Of a stretch of 64,000 nucleotides of DNA, positions 1 through 13,591 are shown in pieces. The notes under the pieces are model-generated. The model was not told the DNA's origin and ran no database searches. It saw only the letters and a list, made by a program, of their open reading frames with translations. Location: NCBI GenBank assembly GCA_050084985.1, contig JBITNC010000001.1:143716001-143780000 (forward strand), written 5' to 3'. Origin of the DNA: Nageia nagi. Its lineage: Eukaryota > Plantae > Pinophyta. The first letter of the stretch is position 1. The number at the start of each line of letters is the position of its first letter. The translations under genes were made by a program, and so were the position numbers.

Positions 1-2308
1 AATGAACAACAAGAAGCATTCAATAATATAAAGTGTTATCTTATTTCACCACTTATTTTATTATCACCTAATCCTAAGGAACCATTCCTATTATATATAT
101 CCACCATAGAAACAACCTTAAGAACTATGCTTGCATAAAAGAATGAAAATAGTACAGAACAAGCAATATATTACCTTAGTCAAACTTTGGTTGGATAAGA
201 GATTAAGTATGTATACTTGGAAAAGTTATGCTTAATGGTAGTATTTGCAACTAAAAAATTAGTACATTACATGCTAAACCATACCATGTATGTAATCACC
301 AAAGTAGATCCTTTGAAATATATGATGCATAAAACTTATCAAAATTCAAGAATATATAAATGGATCATACACTTAATTGAATTAGGCTCACTCTTTATAA
401 GTTATAAATCAATCAAAGGACAAGTCATAGCTGACTATCTCACTAAAGCACCATTTCCCGATGATAATCCATTCCTCATAGAATTACCAAATGGACATGT
501 ATTCCAATTAGACAAAATGGAAATTCTTGTAGAATCTAAAGAAGATTGTGATATGGTAATATATTTTGATGGATCAAAATGTAAATAAAGCAAAGGTGTG
601 GGTGTTATGTTCTTTACACCCCAAGGAGTTCCCATACCTAATTCTTTTAAGATTAATTTTCCTTATACAAATAACAATGTTGAGTATGAAGCTTTAATCA
701 TAGCTATAAAAACTAACATAAAATTAAAGTAAAGAAAAATTAAATTTATTGGTGACTTACTATTGATCGTAAACCAAGTCAAAGAAATCTTCTAATGTAA
801 GGAACCTTTTCTGCAAAACTATAAGAGATTGGTAAATAATCTACTATCATCTTTTGAAAAATATGATTTAAAATCAGCACCATAATCAACAAATAGATTT
901 TTTGATGCTATGATTTCCATTGGATCTTTAATGCCCGCAAATTCTCATTAAAAAATTATGCCTATTGAGATTATTTAAATCACCCAATCATAAATAGAGT
1001 CAAGTGAATTCAAAAATGTAGTTCTAGACATTGCAATGGAAGATAAAAATTTGTGACATACATAATTATTTAAATTTCTAAGAGATAAGGTGTTACTTAG
1101 AGATTTAACAAAGTCATCTAAAAAATCATTTAAGACAAAAGTCTTTCAGTTTTCCATGATAGGAGATGTCTTGTACCGTAGGGGTTTTGAAAGAATATTA
1201 CTTCAATATTTAGAGTGGGTTGATTCATAAATCACTTTTCATGCACACATAATGGAATTTATGAAGGACATTTAAGTGGTTCTATAATTATAAAATAATT
1301 AATGCATATGGGATATTACTAGCCTACTATGGAGCATGACTATATGGAATATGTTAAAAAGTGTGTTAAATATCAACAAAACACCAATGTTTTTAATCAA
1401 CCTTCTCATACATTACAACCCATGCAATCATTATGAACATTCTCAAAATGGGCATTAGATTTATTAGGCCAAATATCCCCTATTTCCTTAGGATGTCACA
1501 AGTTTATTATAACTACTATAGAATATTTTACAAAATGGGTAGAATCCATCCCTATGATTTCAAAAAAAGGGACAAAAGTAGTAGAATTCATACAAAACCA
1601 TATTATTTGTTATTTTGGAATTTCTGCTCAAATTATCATTAATAATGGAAAAAACTTCAAAAATAAGGAAGTCCAAGCTTTATGTAAAGGATATTATATC
1701 TAATTAAGCTTCTCGATACATTACTATCCCAAAGGGCTTGGCCAAGTTGAAGCCAAAAAAAACTATTTGTAGCATTTTATTGAAATTGTTGATGATTCCC
1801 ATTGAGATTGGCATGCAAGGATTTCACATGCATTGTGGGCCTATCAACATAGTATTCAAACTCCTACTGGGCAACCCTATTTTATTTAGTATATGGGGTA
1901 GAACCATTTCTACCCTTAGAAATATAAATTAACTCTCTATAAATTTCCCTATAAGATTATATCATAGATGAAGTAGCTCATCAAATGAGATTAGATCAAT
2001 TGCTACTTCTAGGAAAGAGAATAATTAATGCTTTAGAACATCTATGAACCTATTAAAATTATATTAAATGAGATTTTGATAAAAGAGTCAAAATTCATGA
2101 ACTTAATATAGAGGATTTAGTTTTAAAAGAAAACCAACGAACTTCTTGAATGGAATGACAACTTTGTGACAAGTTTTCCCCTAACTAGTTAGGACCTTAT
2201 ATAATTAAAAGAATGTTTGGATCTAGATCTTATCATTTAGTTGACATGGAAAGTAATGAAGAGGGTGAACATATAAACATCATGCATCTTCTTCCTTTCT
2301 ATAGTTAA
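1..2308 (+). pseudogene. Ty3/gypsy (Tat/Ogre-type) pol remnant: RT end, RNase H, additional archaeal-type RNase H (aRH), integrase; many stops and frameshifts
   Basis: RH segment EKLCLMVVFATKKLVHYML..KSIKGQVIADYL (217-440); aRH start MVIYFDGSK and TNNNVEYEALI (~550-700); integrase HHCC region, WALDLLG, KWVESIP, NNGKNFKN; GPY motif and INIMHLLPFYS* ending at 2308. RH-aRH-INT order as in Ogre/Retand. Confidence 0.92.
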
Positions 2309-2413
2309 GAATATTTTTATTTATGATTGTATATATTGTAAATAGTCTTTTAATTTAAATCAATAAATTTTTTTTCTCAAAATTATATATATTTAATGTA
2401 TTTGAAATAAAAA

Positions 2414-3830
2414 ATGGCATCAAAAAAGAGCAAAAGTGTCCACCTAATTATTGACCAAAGAGGCATTCAACAAGTATCTTGGTACTAAAAACCTAGATAC
2501 TTTGAGATAGGGCTATAACAGGATTATCCCAATATACTTCTCCTAGAAATAGAAATTTCCTCTATTTACCCTTTGATTGACAAATAATCTTAGCCTTAAA
2601 ACTATCTCTAAAAAGATATCAAGGATGGGAGATAAGCTTTCAAGGAGATAACTTGGAGATCTATATATATAAAGCCATGTATTACATGAGTCATGTACAT
2701 TACTTTACCCAAGTTTGCATGATAAACTTGTTATGTCAATATTGGCCTACATCAACCCCTAGGATCATAATGTATTGCTTCTTTAACAATTGGATTTCAA
2801 ATAGAATAATTAATACTTTACCAGATGAGGATTTTCCATTTACATGGATAGAATAAATCATAAGAGACTTGTGTCATTATAAAATTGTATATGATTTTTA
2901 TGCAGTGTTCATCTGTAAGCCTCAATAATAAATTAGGTGTGTATAATAAATTGACCAACAATTTTCTTGAATTAGATCAAGATTCTGCAATCCTCCTTTA
3001 CACAATAGTCCAATAAGAGTTTTGATTCCAAGAAGACCAAAATATAATGAAAAAATACAATTCCAATTTAATTATGTAAGCTAGGATTTTGTGGATAGAT
3101 ATCTAGAAGATCACTACATGCAAGCATTACAAAAGTATCTTTACACTAAGATAGCTCATTTCTTTGCTTTACCAAATGAAATTCAAGAAATTATAACTAT
3201 GAATTTTTATAAGCAATGAGGAACTAATGGATGGTATTTAAAAATTTATAACATTAAGCCAACCATCAAGTTAGAAGCAAAATACATGTGGATAGAATCT
3301 AAATCCCTAACAAATTGGATCTATCTATTTTGCTTGCATTGACCTTACAAAAAATTAGAATCTTGCTAAATTGTGTTGATCATATGATTCTTTGGTGTTA
3401 TGGGAAATTAGTCTCCATATCTAAGGTCACAAATGATTTGGTACTTGAGTATAATACTTATTTATTCCTACACAATGAAATTATATATAATTACAGTTCA
3501 TTATTTAGTAAACATTGTTGTGTAAATAATCCTAGAAAGGTTTAAAAGAACTATTTAATGCCTCAACCAAAGAAGAAATGAGGTCATACCTAAACTTATA
3601 AATAATAAGTATGTCCAAAATTTCATTGAGATTGCAATCCCCCTCATGCCATCATTTCCTTCTAAACCTCCACAAGCCTTAGATATTCCATCTCACCTTC
3701 CACTTATTAAATATGATGAGGCCTCAACATCATGAGCTATGCCAAAATACATCATTAATAAGTTCAAGCATCATCCCTTAAGCTTATCACTTATATCATA
3801 TCTTATCTATTATCAACATCCATTTTAAGA
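2414..3830 (+). pseudogene. Degenerate extra sense ORF downstream of integrase, product unknown
   Basis: ATG at 2414 (MASKKSKSVHLIIDQRGIQQVSWY); coding-like pieces continue through track ORFs 2653-2856 and 3315-3545 with stops and frameshifts. Confidence 0.4.
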
Positions 3831-4371
3831 CTAAGACCTACTCATTTTGTAGTACGACCTCCATACTTTTACTTCTTATATCATAAATGTTGGGTTATTC
3901 ATAAAAGACAAGGTGATCATTGCTACTCAAGAATTGTAAAAAGATTTTTTCCCTAATAAAATTAAAATCATTAAAATAATTATCAAGTACATATGTAAAT
4001 AAAAATAATAAAAATATTCAAAATAAAAGTTTTTTAATATGAATATATATGTGCATGTATATATGCTCTTATCTTTAAAAAAATTTATACAAATTCTAAA
4101 ACACTTGCATATGACATTGCAAGTGGTTGATTATACTTCACATATATCAGGCATCAAGATTCATCTGCATTGTATTAGTCCTCCCACCAATTAGTGGGAA
4201 GGGTCTTCACATTATAATGCCCCTATCCCATGGAAATTATCATCCCTTGGTATCTCATGATCACCCTGTACATTTCCCAATGACCCTTTAGGATACCTCT
4301 TACAAACCCCATAATTAGAGAAAGACTAATTCAATTAATTTTTTGAAGGTATACAAGATCAAATTTTATCC

Positions 4372-4835
4372 ATGGCAACCTTAACTACCACACTAGATAG
4401 ATCTAACCATGTCTATAATGCCTTAAGGAATTTTCATCGGATAAAGATTTTATTAATCACTAGCCTTGTTGGGGAACTTGTGTATCTATGATATACCTAA
4501 TGAATACTTCCTCCAAAATCTCATCCACATGTTCTTTAGACCTGATTTTATATGGAAGATTATGATTGATGCTCTTATTACCCCATTGGTAATCAAATTT
4601 GTTAAATTCTATGGGCCATGTCATCTACATCCTGAAGAAGACATTTTCGATGATTTCACCATAACCCATCTTTTATCCATAAACCTTTGGTACTAGGATT
4701 TCATGTTGTCTATATTTTTCACCTATGATTTTGCACAATGGGTCATTGATCATACCATTTGCACTCTCTATCATTTTTATCTTTTCATCCATGATGACTT
4801 ATTATAAGTTCTTGCCCAATTAGGAAACCCATAAA
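4372..4835 (+). pseudogene. Second short degenerate sense ORF in the element 1 3' region
   Basis: ATG at 4372, track ORF 4466-4696, bounded by AT-rich spacers and poly-A-like runs. Confidence 0.3.
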
Positions 4836-6966
4836 AAACCAAAAAAAAAAAAAATTATAAAAATCAAAAATTGCATTAAACACAAAAGTATTAAAATTCT
4901 AAAAATAATATATATATATATTATATATATACTTAGAAGATATACTTCTAAAGTGTCTTGGCTACTAGGTGCATTTTCCTTAAGTTCATATCATTCTACT
5001 TTATTCATTATTTTAGTCCTTCACCTCAAATGTCATAGTCATTAGATACTAATGATAATGAAAGAAGAAATTAATCAAGCTATATGTATTCATATATCAT
5101 ACATATATCTATATAATATTCATTTATATAGTTGTATTTATGAATAAAGAAGTAGGCAATGAATACTCCATTCCTATTTGGTTTTTGTTGAAAGATCTTA
5201 TGTCAAAATTTCAAAAACTTAGGATGATAAAAGGACATAATTATCATATATGGTAGTATGCTAATACAATCATACACTTCTCATATTAAAATCTCAAAAC
5301 AATCAAGAATTAGATATTTCTTGATCATAAATTTGAGTATGATTCTTATATTTTTTCTTCATTCTGAACCCAAGAGTTAGGATTTAAAAAAATATAAAGA
5401 GGAAAAGAAAATACAATAATGATGTAGATTTGTTTGGCCATTACAGTATCCTCTATCAAGGCTATGGATGCCTGACTAGCAATAGGGCTAGGTTGTAATG
5501 GGATGAAGGGGTTAAACTTCACCGGGGCTATGGATGTTTTTTGGTAGTGAAATCTACCTTGCAAAAATATAAAGAAGAATCATATCTCATAATTTATGAT
5601 TTTTGAGTATTCAATTTACAAATGTCAAGAAAAGGAAATGAACATCATTGCACACACTTGAGTCTATGGAAAACTTAATTATATTATAATCTTATTTTAT
5701 ATCATCCCTAGTGGATGAGATCAAAGCAAAAGATCAATTAATGAAACTATATATTTAAGGTCTTATTCATTACACTTCTTTATTATATTATATTCATTCA
5801 TTCATTTCATATCATCATATATAATTATTATAAATCTTGATAAGTTGCTAAAACATTAAGATGAATGTCTAAATTATAATGTCCTTCATAAATACCTTAG
5901 GTCATTAAGTTCCATACATTACTAAAAGTAGTTTACATTCATATGCCATTTGTCTATATGTATTTATTCATAATGCATCCATACATACATAAGTGTCTTG
6001 TAAATCTTGTATGTTTTACATCCATACATCTACACCATCCATATTACTACATATGTTTATACCAATATATTATGTCTAAGCCATGTATATAAGTAGCCAA
6101 GAAAATGGAAAATGATGCATTTGATTTTGTTTTCTTACAAATCAAATCTTGTTTTATAAACATACCAATCTTATATAAATATTACTTTACATTAAAAAAA
6201 CTAAGTAAAATAATAGGTGTTACAATATTTGATTAATGAGAATGAATTTCAAATACTAAGTTAGACATATCATTAAAACATGAAATCAACTATTCATACT
6301 TTATATATATATCAAAAAATCTAATACATGCATCTAGAAATATAAAGTAATAACCATACACCATAAAATATGATAACCAAAAAACATGTAAAAAGTATCA
6401 TCAATATGCATATAAAAGTCTAGGCTATCATCATGTGTATATATCAAAAAATATAATCAAATGTAAACTACATAAGCTATCCATCACACCCATCTATAAA
6501 AACTAACCATCAATCATAATATCTATGATCGCAAAAATAAATAAGGTCATCAAAAAATAATCCTATGACTAGTATGTCTAAAAATAAGAAATGATCATGC
6601 CCCCATGACCTCAAAAAATAAAATAACATAGTCTATAAAATAACACAAGTCTAACATGAAATATAAACAATACATAATCTAACCATTAGGATATCCTTAA
6701 GAGCTTCCCTCACTACCATCTATCGAACTACCAACTCTACCCTATCCTAGATGGGTAGTACCCATTGAACCTACAAGACTTGTAGTTTGAGTCACTCTAT
6801 GTATCTCAGATGATCCCACTATATGTTGTGAAGAAACCCCACCTATCTCACTATGTCTATATGATGCAACAAGTCTAACAACCATAGCCTATATTATAGT
6901 TGTCCTTTAGACTCCACTGGCTTCCTAGTGTGCTAAAACATCCACATGAATATATGAAATGGGCAT

Positions 6967-9107
6967 TGAATACATGTGACACTAAAAGGGGGGTGAATCA
7001 ATGTATTTAAATTTAAAACTTCAAACCCAAAAACTTTAAATAGTGCAACCAAGAGATAAAACTAAATAGAGCAAACACACAAGAGAACATCACATAACAT
7101 AAGATATAATGAGGTTCACTAATGTGGCTACATCCCTAAATAAGATTGCTTGGACTCCAATTCAAATCCATCCATTGTAAAGCACTAACTCTACACATAA
7201 TTTACCAACACCAAATAGAAGGAGCACCAATCCCTATGTTTTGTAGCACCAACTACAAAGACCACCAACTCCTCTTGCCAAGCACCCACTTGATAGATTC
7301 AATAAGATAAGATGAAGGATTAATAACCAATTATCCAAGACTTATAATGGTCAAACTCAAAACACTTCTACACACAACCATAATCTAAATCTATCTCTTC
7401 AACATTTCTTTCTCATTCCAAAAATCACCATGCTCTTATGTAGCTTCAACCCTTTTATTCATAACTCGCTCACTTTTCACACTTGTCAAATAAAAAACCC
7501 CAAAATAGACCAAGAAATTATTCCTAAAACCATAAGAAATGCTATTGTTATTCTAATCAAGAAAATATTTGACATTTTGATTCAAGACTGATATGATTTC
7601 TCACACACATTTAGAACTCTCAACACTTGTATAGCTATAAAGAAATCATTCATTCAAACACATCCATTACTCACACATACTTCACACATTGCTCAAAATC
7701 ATACTACAATGATAAGGCACAAACCTAAAAAATTTCAAATATTAGAGAATTGGTTCATGATAATACATCGATTATGCTTAGAATGCATGTTCCAAGTCCA
7801 TCTACCACAAAATGGTATTAAAATTTTTGCATAGATGCTCAATCATCTCTAAAAGCCCATAATTATATTTTATATCACTAAAACTCTCCAAATTTAATTA
7901 GGAGTGTAATATGTTTCAAAAAGAAATAAAAACATATATTCAAAAATCATAATAAGCATTTTTTCAAACATTTCACTACCAAAAATGGGCTCACCACTTA
8001 ACCAAAATTTATGTCTTGTCATTTCATCAAACACTTACCAGGCATCCTTGTTCATGGACTTGTAGACCTTGGATTGAGATGAAACAAAAAAAAAGTTATG
8101 AGATTTTTCATATTGATTACAAATATACAACCAAAAAATAAATATCTCAACTTAAACTCATGGAATTCCTCTTTTTCTTTGCTATCCCAAAAAGTGCACC
8201 AAACTACAAAAAGTTACTAAGTGGCATTTTGTAACCTGTACCATTTCCATCTCGGTTTCCTCCTTGATCTAAAATTTAGAACACATATACTACATATACC
8301 CAACTATAATTTTTTCAAATTTTAAGGTATAGATACTCATATTTGTCTCATAGCATATCTTGTAGAGTGGCCTCCATCAAAAATTTCACTGGTATTTTGT
8401 CAAACAATTCACATGCATAGTTTTGTGCAAATTATAGATTCTCATACTTTGGGACCTCAAATTGAGATGATTCAAAAGAAAACATTTTTCATATAATCAA
8501 TTTATACATGTATAAACTTTTAAATTCTAAATTTGAAGACTTTAATATCCTAAAACAACCATCCAACTATTTCCATGACTTGGCCAAAATTTATTCTCAA
8601 AACTGTAAAAAGTTATGAAGTGGCATTTTGTAGCTTGTGCCATTTCTTCCTTGGTCATCAACTTGATATGAAATTTGTAAAACATATTTGTGGTATTTAT
8701 TAATATATTATTTAAATTTTATCTTCTTAATCAGCACCATTTGCTCGTAATGTGACTTGCATTAAACCAATTTCACCCAAAATTTTAGCTATTCAAAAAT
8801 CCATAAGTGTGCCCAAAAAAGAACCAATAAGAATTTTGACCATTCTAATACTGCACACAAGTTTGTTATCAATCCAAAAACTTATCCAATCCATCTCTGG
8901 TTTTCCTCCATCTTCCATTTGCATTTTAGCCCTCTTGACAACTTTTGGTACCTCATGACAACTTTTGGTCCCTTTGTCATTTTTATGTTCGATAACTTTA
9001 CAAATATTGTTGATGTCATTTCTTTGACATATGCAACCATGTGAACATATGCTTACTAATCTCATCATGTTGACAAAAATGAAAACACTATCGCACCATA
9101 CTCAACA
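6967..9107 (-). repeat. Copia 3' LTR (~2.14 kb)
   Basis: On - strand starts TGTTGAG at 9107 right after the PPT AAAGGGGGAGAT; ends ...ATTCACCCCCC...TCA at 6967 (+ strand tgaatacatgtgacactaaaaggggggtgaat). Confidence 0.75.
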
Positions 9108-9170
9108 ATCTCCCCCTTTGGAATTGTTGGCAACACATATGCAAAAACCTATTACTCTTCTCCCCCTTTG
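9108..9170 (-). promoter_or_regulatory. Two polypurine tracts (CAAAGGGGGAGA), SIRE-like multi-PPT arrangement
   Basis: tctccccctttg at 9109-9120 and 9159-9170. Confidence 0.8.
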
Positions 9171-9329
9171 ACAACAAATACAAAGGGATGCCTTGGACTC
9201 CTCCTAAGTCCATATACATAATACTCAAGTGTAAATAAGTATATAATAAAACATAATTATACAAGAAAAAAAGATAAGAAAGTACAAAATTATTCCCTCT
9301 AAGATTGTGTGCCCAAAAGCTAGTCAATG

Positions 9330-10654
9330 CTTGGGTAATGTCACCACTTCTTATTTCTTTTGTAAGTACTCAAAAACTTCCTTGGGTAATGGTTTAGTAA
9401 ATATAATCTACTACTTGCTCTAATGAGGGAACAAATTCCAACTTTACCTGTCCTTTAGCAACCTTTTCCTTCAAGAAATGGTACTGAATGGTAATGTGTT
9501 TCATTCTTGAATGCATGATCAGATTCTTAGAAATATTGATTGCACTTGTGTTATCACACATAACTGAAATGGGCTCATTGATATGAATGCCTAAATACTT
9601 CACCATTTATTTTATCCACATAACCTATGTGCAACATGATGTTGTTTCTATGTACTCTACTTCAGTTATGGATAATGATACTAATTCTTATTTCTTGCTA
9701 TGCCAACCATTAAGTTTATTGCCCAAGTAAAATGCACCACCACTGGTGCTCTTCCTATCATCTACACACCCTACCCAATCTATATCTAAGAAAGAAATGA
9801 GTATGAAATCCTTCCCCTTGGGATACCATAGGCTATAATCCATTGTACCCTTGAGGTACCAAAAGATCCTCTTCACTGCAGTTACATGTGTTTCTTTGGG
9901 ATTAGCCTGAAATCATGCAACCATGCATACTACTTGCAAAATATCTAGTCTAATGGCTATTAAGTAAATTAAACTTCTAATCATTTATCTATATTATGTT
10001 TGATCCATTATTTGTACTTTATCATCCTTACTTAGCTTGCAACCCATCATCATGGGAGTGCTCATAGGCTTGCAATCCTCCATAGTGAAAATTTTCAACA
10101 TCTCCTTTACATACTTGATTTGTGAAATAAAAATACCATTCTTTAACTAATTAAGTTGCAAGCCAAGAATATATGAAAGTTCACCTATCATTGACATCTC
10201 AAACTCTATTTGCATTTATTTAGCAAAGTCTTTGCACATTTCATCCTTACTACCTCCAAAAATAATATCATCTACATAAACCACAATGCTAACTTAATGA
10301 TTATTTTTAGATTTGATGTAGATATTACTATCCACCATACCTGTTTTGAAACCCCATTGATGAAGATATGCATCAAGCCTAGAGTACCATGCTTAAGGTG
10401 CCTATTTAAGACCATAAAGTGCCTTTTTTAATTTGCACATAAAATCTAAGTTCTCACTTATTTGAAATCCATCTGGATTCTCAATGTAGACTTTCTCCTC
10501 AATCTTTCCATTCAAAAATGCTAATTTTACATCCATTTGATAAACCTTGAAGTTCTTATACACAACCAAATCAAGAAACATTTGAATAGCCTCTAATATA
10601 GCCATAAGAGTAAAAGTTTCTTTAAAATCAATACCTTCAACTTGAGCATACCAC
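9330..10654 (-). pseudogene. Copia reverse transcriptase-RNase H remnant
   Basis: YAQVEGIDFKETF, VYQMDVKLAFLNG, KLKKALYGLK, VVYVDDIIFG (~10260-10285), DWVGCVDDRKSTSGGAFYLG, CDNTSAINISKN..HSRMKHI. Confidence 0.95.
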
Positions 10655-10699
10655 AAGAGTAAAAGTTTCTTATTGATCTCATCATTTTTACAATAATGA

Positions 10700-12451
10700 A
10701 AACATCATTCCATCATACTCAATAATGGGAGGGACTAGCTATAGAATTCCTAGAACATATGGTGGTAGCCTGGTCAACCATGTCTAAAAAATAGAGTAGT
10801 AATCTCTCTAATAAAGAATAATCTAAATACATATTGATGGATAGCTATCCCCCTTATAGATGTAGTAGCTCCTCTAGCCTATAAAGAAGATCAGGCCTCA
10901 TCCCTCTCTTGACAATATCTATCTCTCTCAGCTCGATAATGGTACATGTGAGTGTTGATCTAAGATACTTGATACCTTACTCATATATATAATCCAATAG
11001 TGCATCAACATTAGAAACCTATGGAGGAGGAGCTTGACCTCATCTAGCCCTTATAGCTGCTACATCTATCTCAATCTCCTCTCCTTGATTAGTTATACCT
11101 CTCAACTCATTGACCACTTATTCCTCATCTTGTTCCTCACCCTGTTCCCTTGTAGGTTCTTCCCCAACTACCCCTCTAACCTCAACTACTATATCTAGCT
11201 CAATAACCTACCAATGTACATGATGACCCAACTCCTCTCTAGCATCCCCCTTTATCTCAACCTACCTCCATGCTAAGAACTTCGTAGTAGCCCCCACATC
11301 ATTAGCCTCAAAATCCACCACTAAGGGCTCCTCCTGTGTTAGGTCAAGCTTTGCATACACAAGCAATTGAATGCCCTCAAAAAATTCCTCACCCTCTTTA
11401 AATAATTAGATAAGGGTTGGTGGAATGTCCTATACAAGGCTAAACTAGTGCAACACACACTCAAAGTAAAAATACTCTAGGAAGTTTATCCTGCTCCCAT
11501 TGAGAAATCTAGCCTATGTAATGCCAATAAGCTAGGCAACAACCTCATCCCAATTTGGATAAGAGTGGTAAGATCTAAACCTCACGTAATCATGCATCAA
11601 GTGTCATAATAAATACTAATAGTTTGCCACATTATGATGAATACCATCAGAAGGATGTGAATAAAAATCATCTCTTCATCATAAAATCCCATCTAGATAT
11701 GTAAAGTGTGTCTCAAAGATAGGAACTAGGAGAGCATGAGGGTGTTCCATATGGATGTGCTTGTATGGCCAAGCCTATAGAGTGATTATAACTAATAAGA
11801 ATGACCTATCACCTAATGAATAAAAGAATAAATCTTGGTATATATATGCTAATAGAGTAAGGGCCCAAGCATAAGTAGTACCATGCTAAAGCATATCAGC
11901 CACTACATATAATAGTAGCTAAGGGAATCAATCAATACTTATGTTTAAAAGTGCATAATACTAGATGAGGTCCATCAAATAAGAATCTAGTAGAAGCCCT
12001 TGTTGGTCATTCTTCTAGTACTTGAAGTACAAGAAGCCACCTGAAACCATATCACCTAAAACTCCATTGATGACATTTGCTCCATAAATCATAATGATGT
12101 TGGGATGCACTAACTCCTAATCCATAACATGGTGAATCTACTATCCTTGAATATGTATACAGTACAAATGATGGATTTCCTCAACTATAATAATCATCTC
12201 CTTGATAGGAAGATGGAAGGCACCAATCAAGGAATCCCATCTCTCCAACAAGGCTACCAATAATGGGTAATCCTAGTGAATACAACCCATATAGAGCCCT
12301 ACTTCGAAACCCATACTATGCAAGAAAGTGTGGTCCTCAACCATTAGCATATCATGACCCTCTAAGAGAATCCTAAGGTATCTCCCATGTGGCTCAAAAA
12401 TATCTAAAAACAAAGATATTAATATAAGGTTAATTTATTATATTGTTAAAA

Positions 12452-12488
<37 letters not shown>

Positions 12489-12819
12489 TACAAGGTCAAT
12501 CATTGGTGATCAAGGTTAAATTTTACATAATCACCAACGATTAAGACTGATTGATGGTATTTTTGTAAACCCTTGAACCTGTTTAGCAACCATGGTCAAG
12601 AGTTTTGAAAAAATTCAAAATCCTATAGAAATTAAAAAATTTACAATTTCAAATGGTCTAAAATGATTAAAAAATTACTTCTATTATTCCTACGGTTTCT
12701 ATTTAACTATTTAATGATTAAAATTAATACATTAACTAAAAAATTTAAAGGAGGGTTTGAAAACCTACCTCTTCCCTCATTGGCCTCTTACACAATGGTG
12801 AACATCCTCATGGAGGCAT
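10700..12819 (-). pseudogene. Antisense plant mobile domain (PMD, aminotransferase-like) accessory gene of element 1; probably spliced; a tail may continue at ~6690-6960 beyond the copia insertion
   Basis: Hand translation: DYPLLVALLERWDSLIGAFHLPIKEMIIIVEEI (~12175-12272; PMD consensus ALVERW..ET.TFHLP.GEMTITLEDV), TYAWALTLLAYIYQDL (~11830-11878), ITL*AWPYKH (~11757-11787). Candidate exon 1 12819-12769, intron 12768-12404. Confidence 0.85.
12457..12486. repeat. (TA)n microsatellite
   Basis: Pure TA run inside the putative PMD intron. Confidence 0.95.
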
Positions 12820-13591
12820 CCTAGCTTCAATCAAAGGTAAGAAAGACAAATGTAGGTTCAAAACATAGATTGTGGCATAGGGAGGCAATGGATCTCTGAC
12901 TTGGCATAAGAGAAAAATGAAAAAGTGACAACAAAGATTTTTGTTTTTATTAACCCATGCATTCAAATGTTAATGATTTTATATTGGGTGCTAGTGATCC
13001 ATAAAGATTACCAACAATTTGAAAAGGATCACCAACAAAAAAAACTTAAAAGTCTAAAAAATTCTAAAAAGTTTTGAAGTATGTTCAAAATTATTTAGCC
13101 TTCTTAGGCCTATGATTAATTGTAAATATTAATGAAGTTTGAAATAAAATATAATAATTAAATATATTTGTAATATTTTTGTATCTTTTTATGCAACCAA
13201 GGGAAAAAATTACATGAAAACTCAAACTATGTTCCTAAATTTAAAATTCAAGACTAGATTCCTAAAAAAATTAATACAAAAATCTAGACAAAATACTTGC
13301 ACTCAAGAATTCTTCAAACCAAGAATATCATAAAAAATGCTAAAAATAATACAAAATAATTCAAAATACCTAAAAACTAAAAAACATGTCAAACATAAAA
13401 GAAAAAAATGCATTTAGTTATAATCCAATCACACAAATTTAGCTTATTCATATAGGATAAGTTAATTCAAAGTCTTGAACCAATGTTAGGAACATAAACC
13501 TAAAACTTGATTGTACCCCTCTCAGATAGGTTTGGTTTTTTGAAATAATCCCTAGCTATAAAATGTTGGGTATTTCAAAAAAGGGACAAAA

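Larger units (their letters stand above)
6967..10654 (-). mobile_element. 5'-truncated Ty1/copia LTR retrotransposon (RT-RNase H, PPTs, 3' LTR) nested in element 1
   Basis: RT/RH motifs on - strand, PPT, LTR TG...CA ends with the GGGGGGTGAAT motif near the terminus. Confidence 0.88.
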
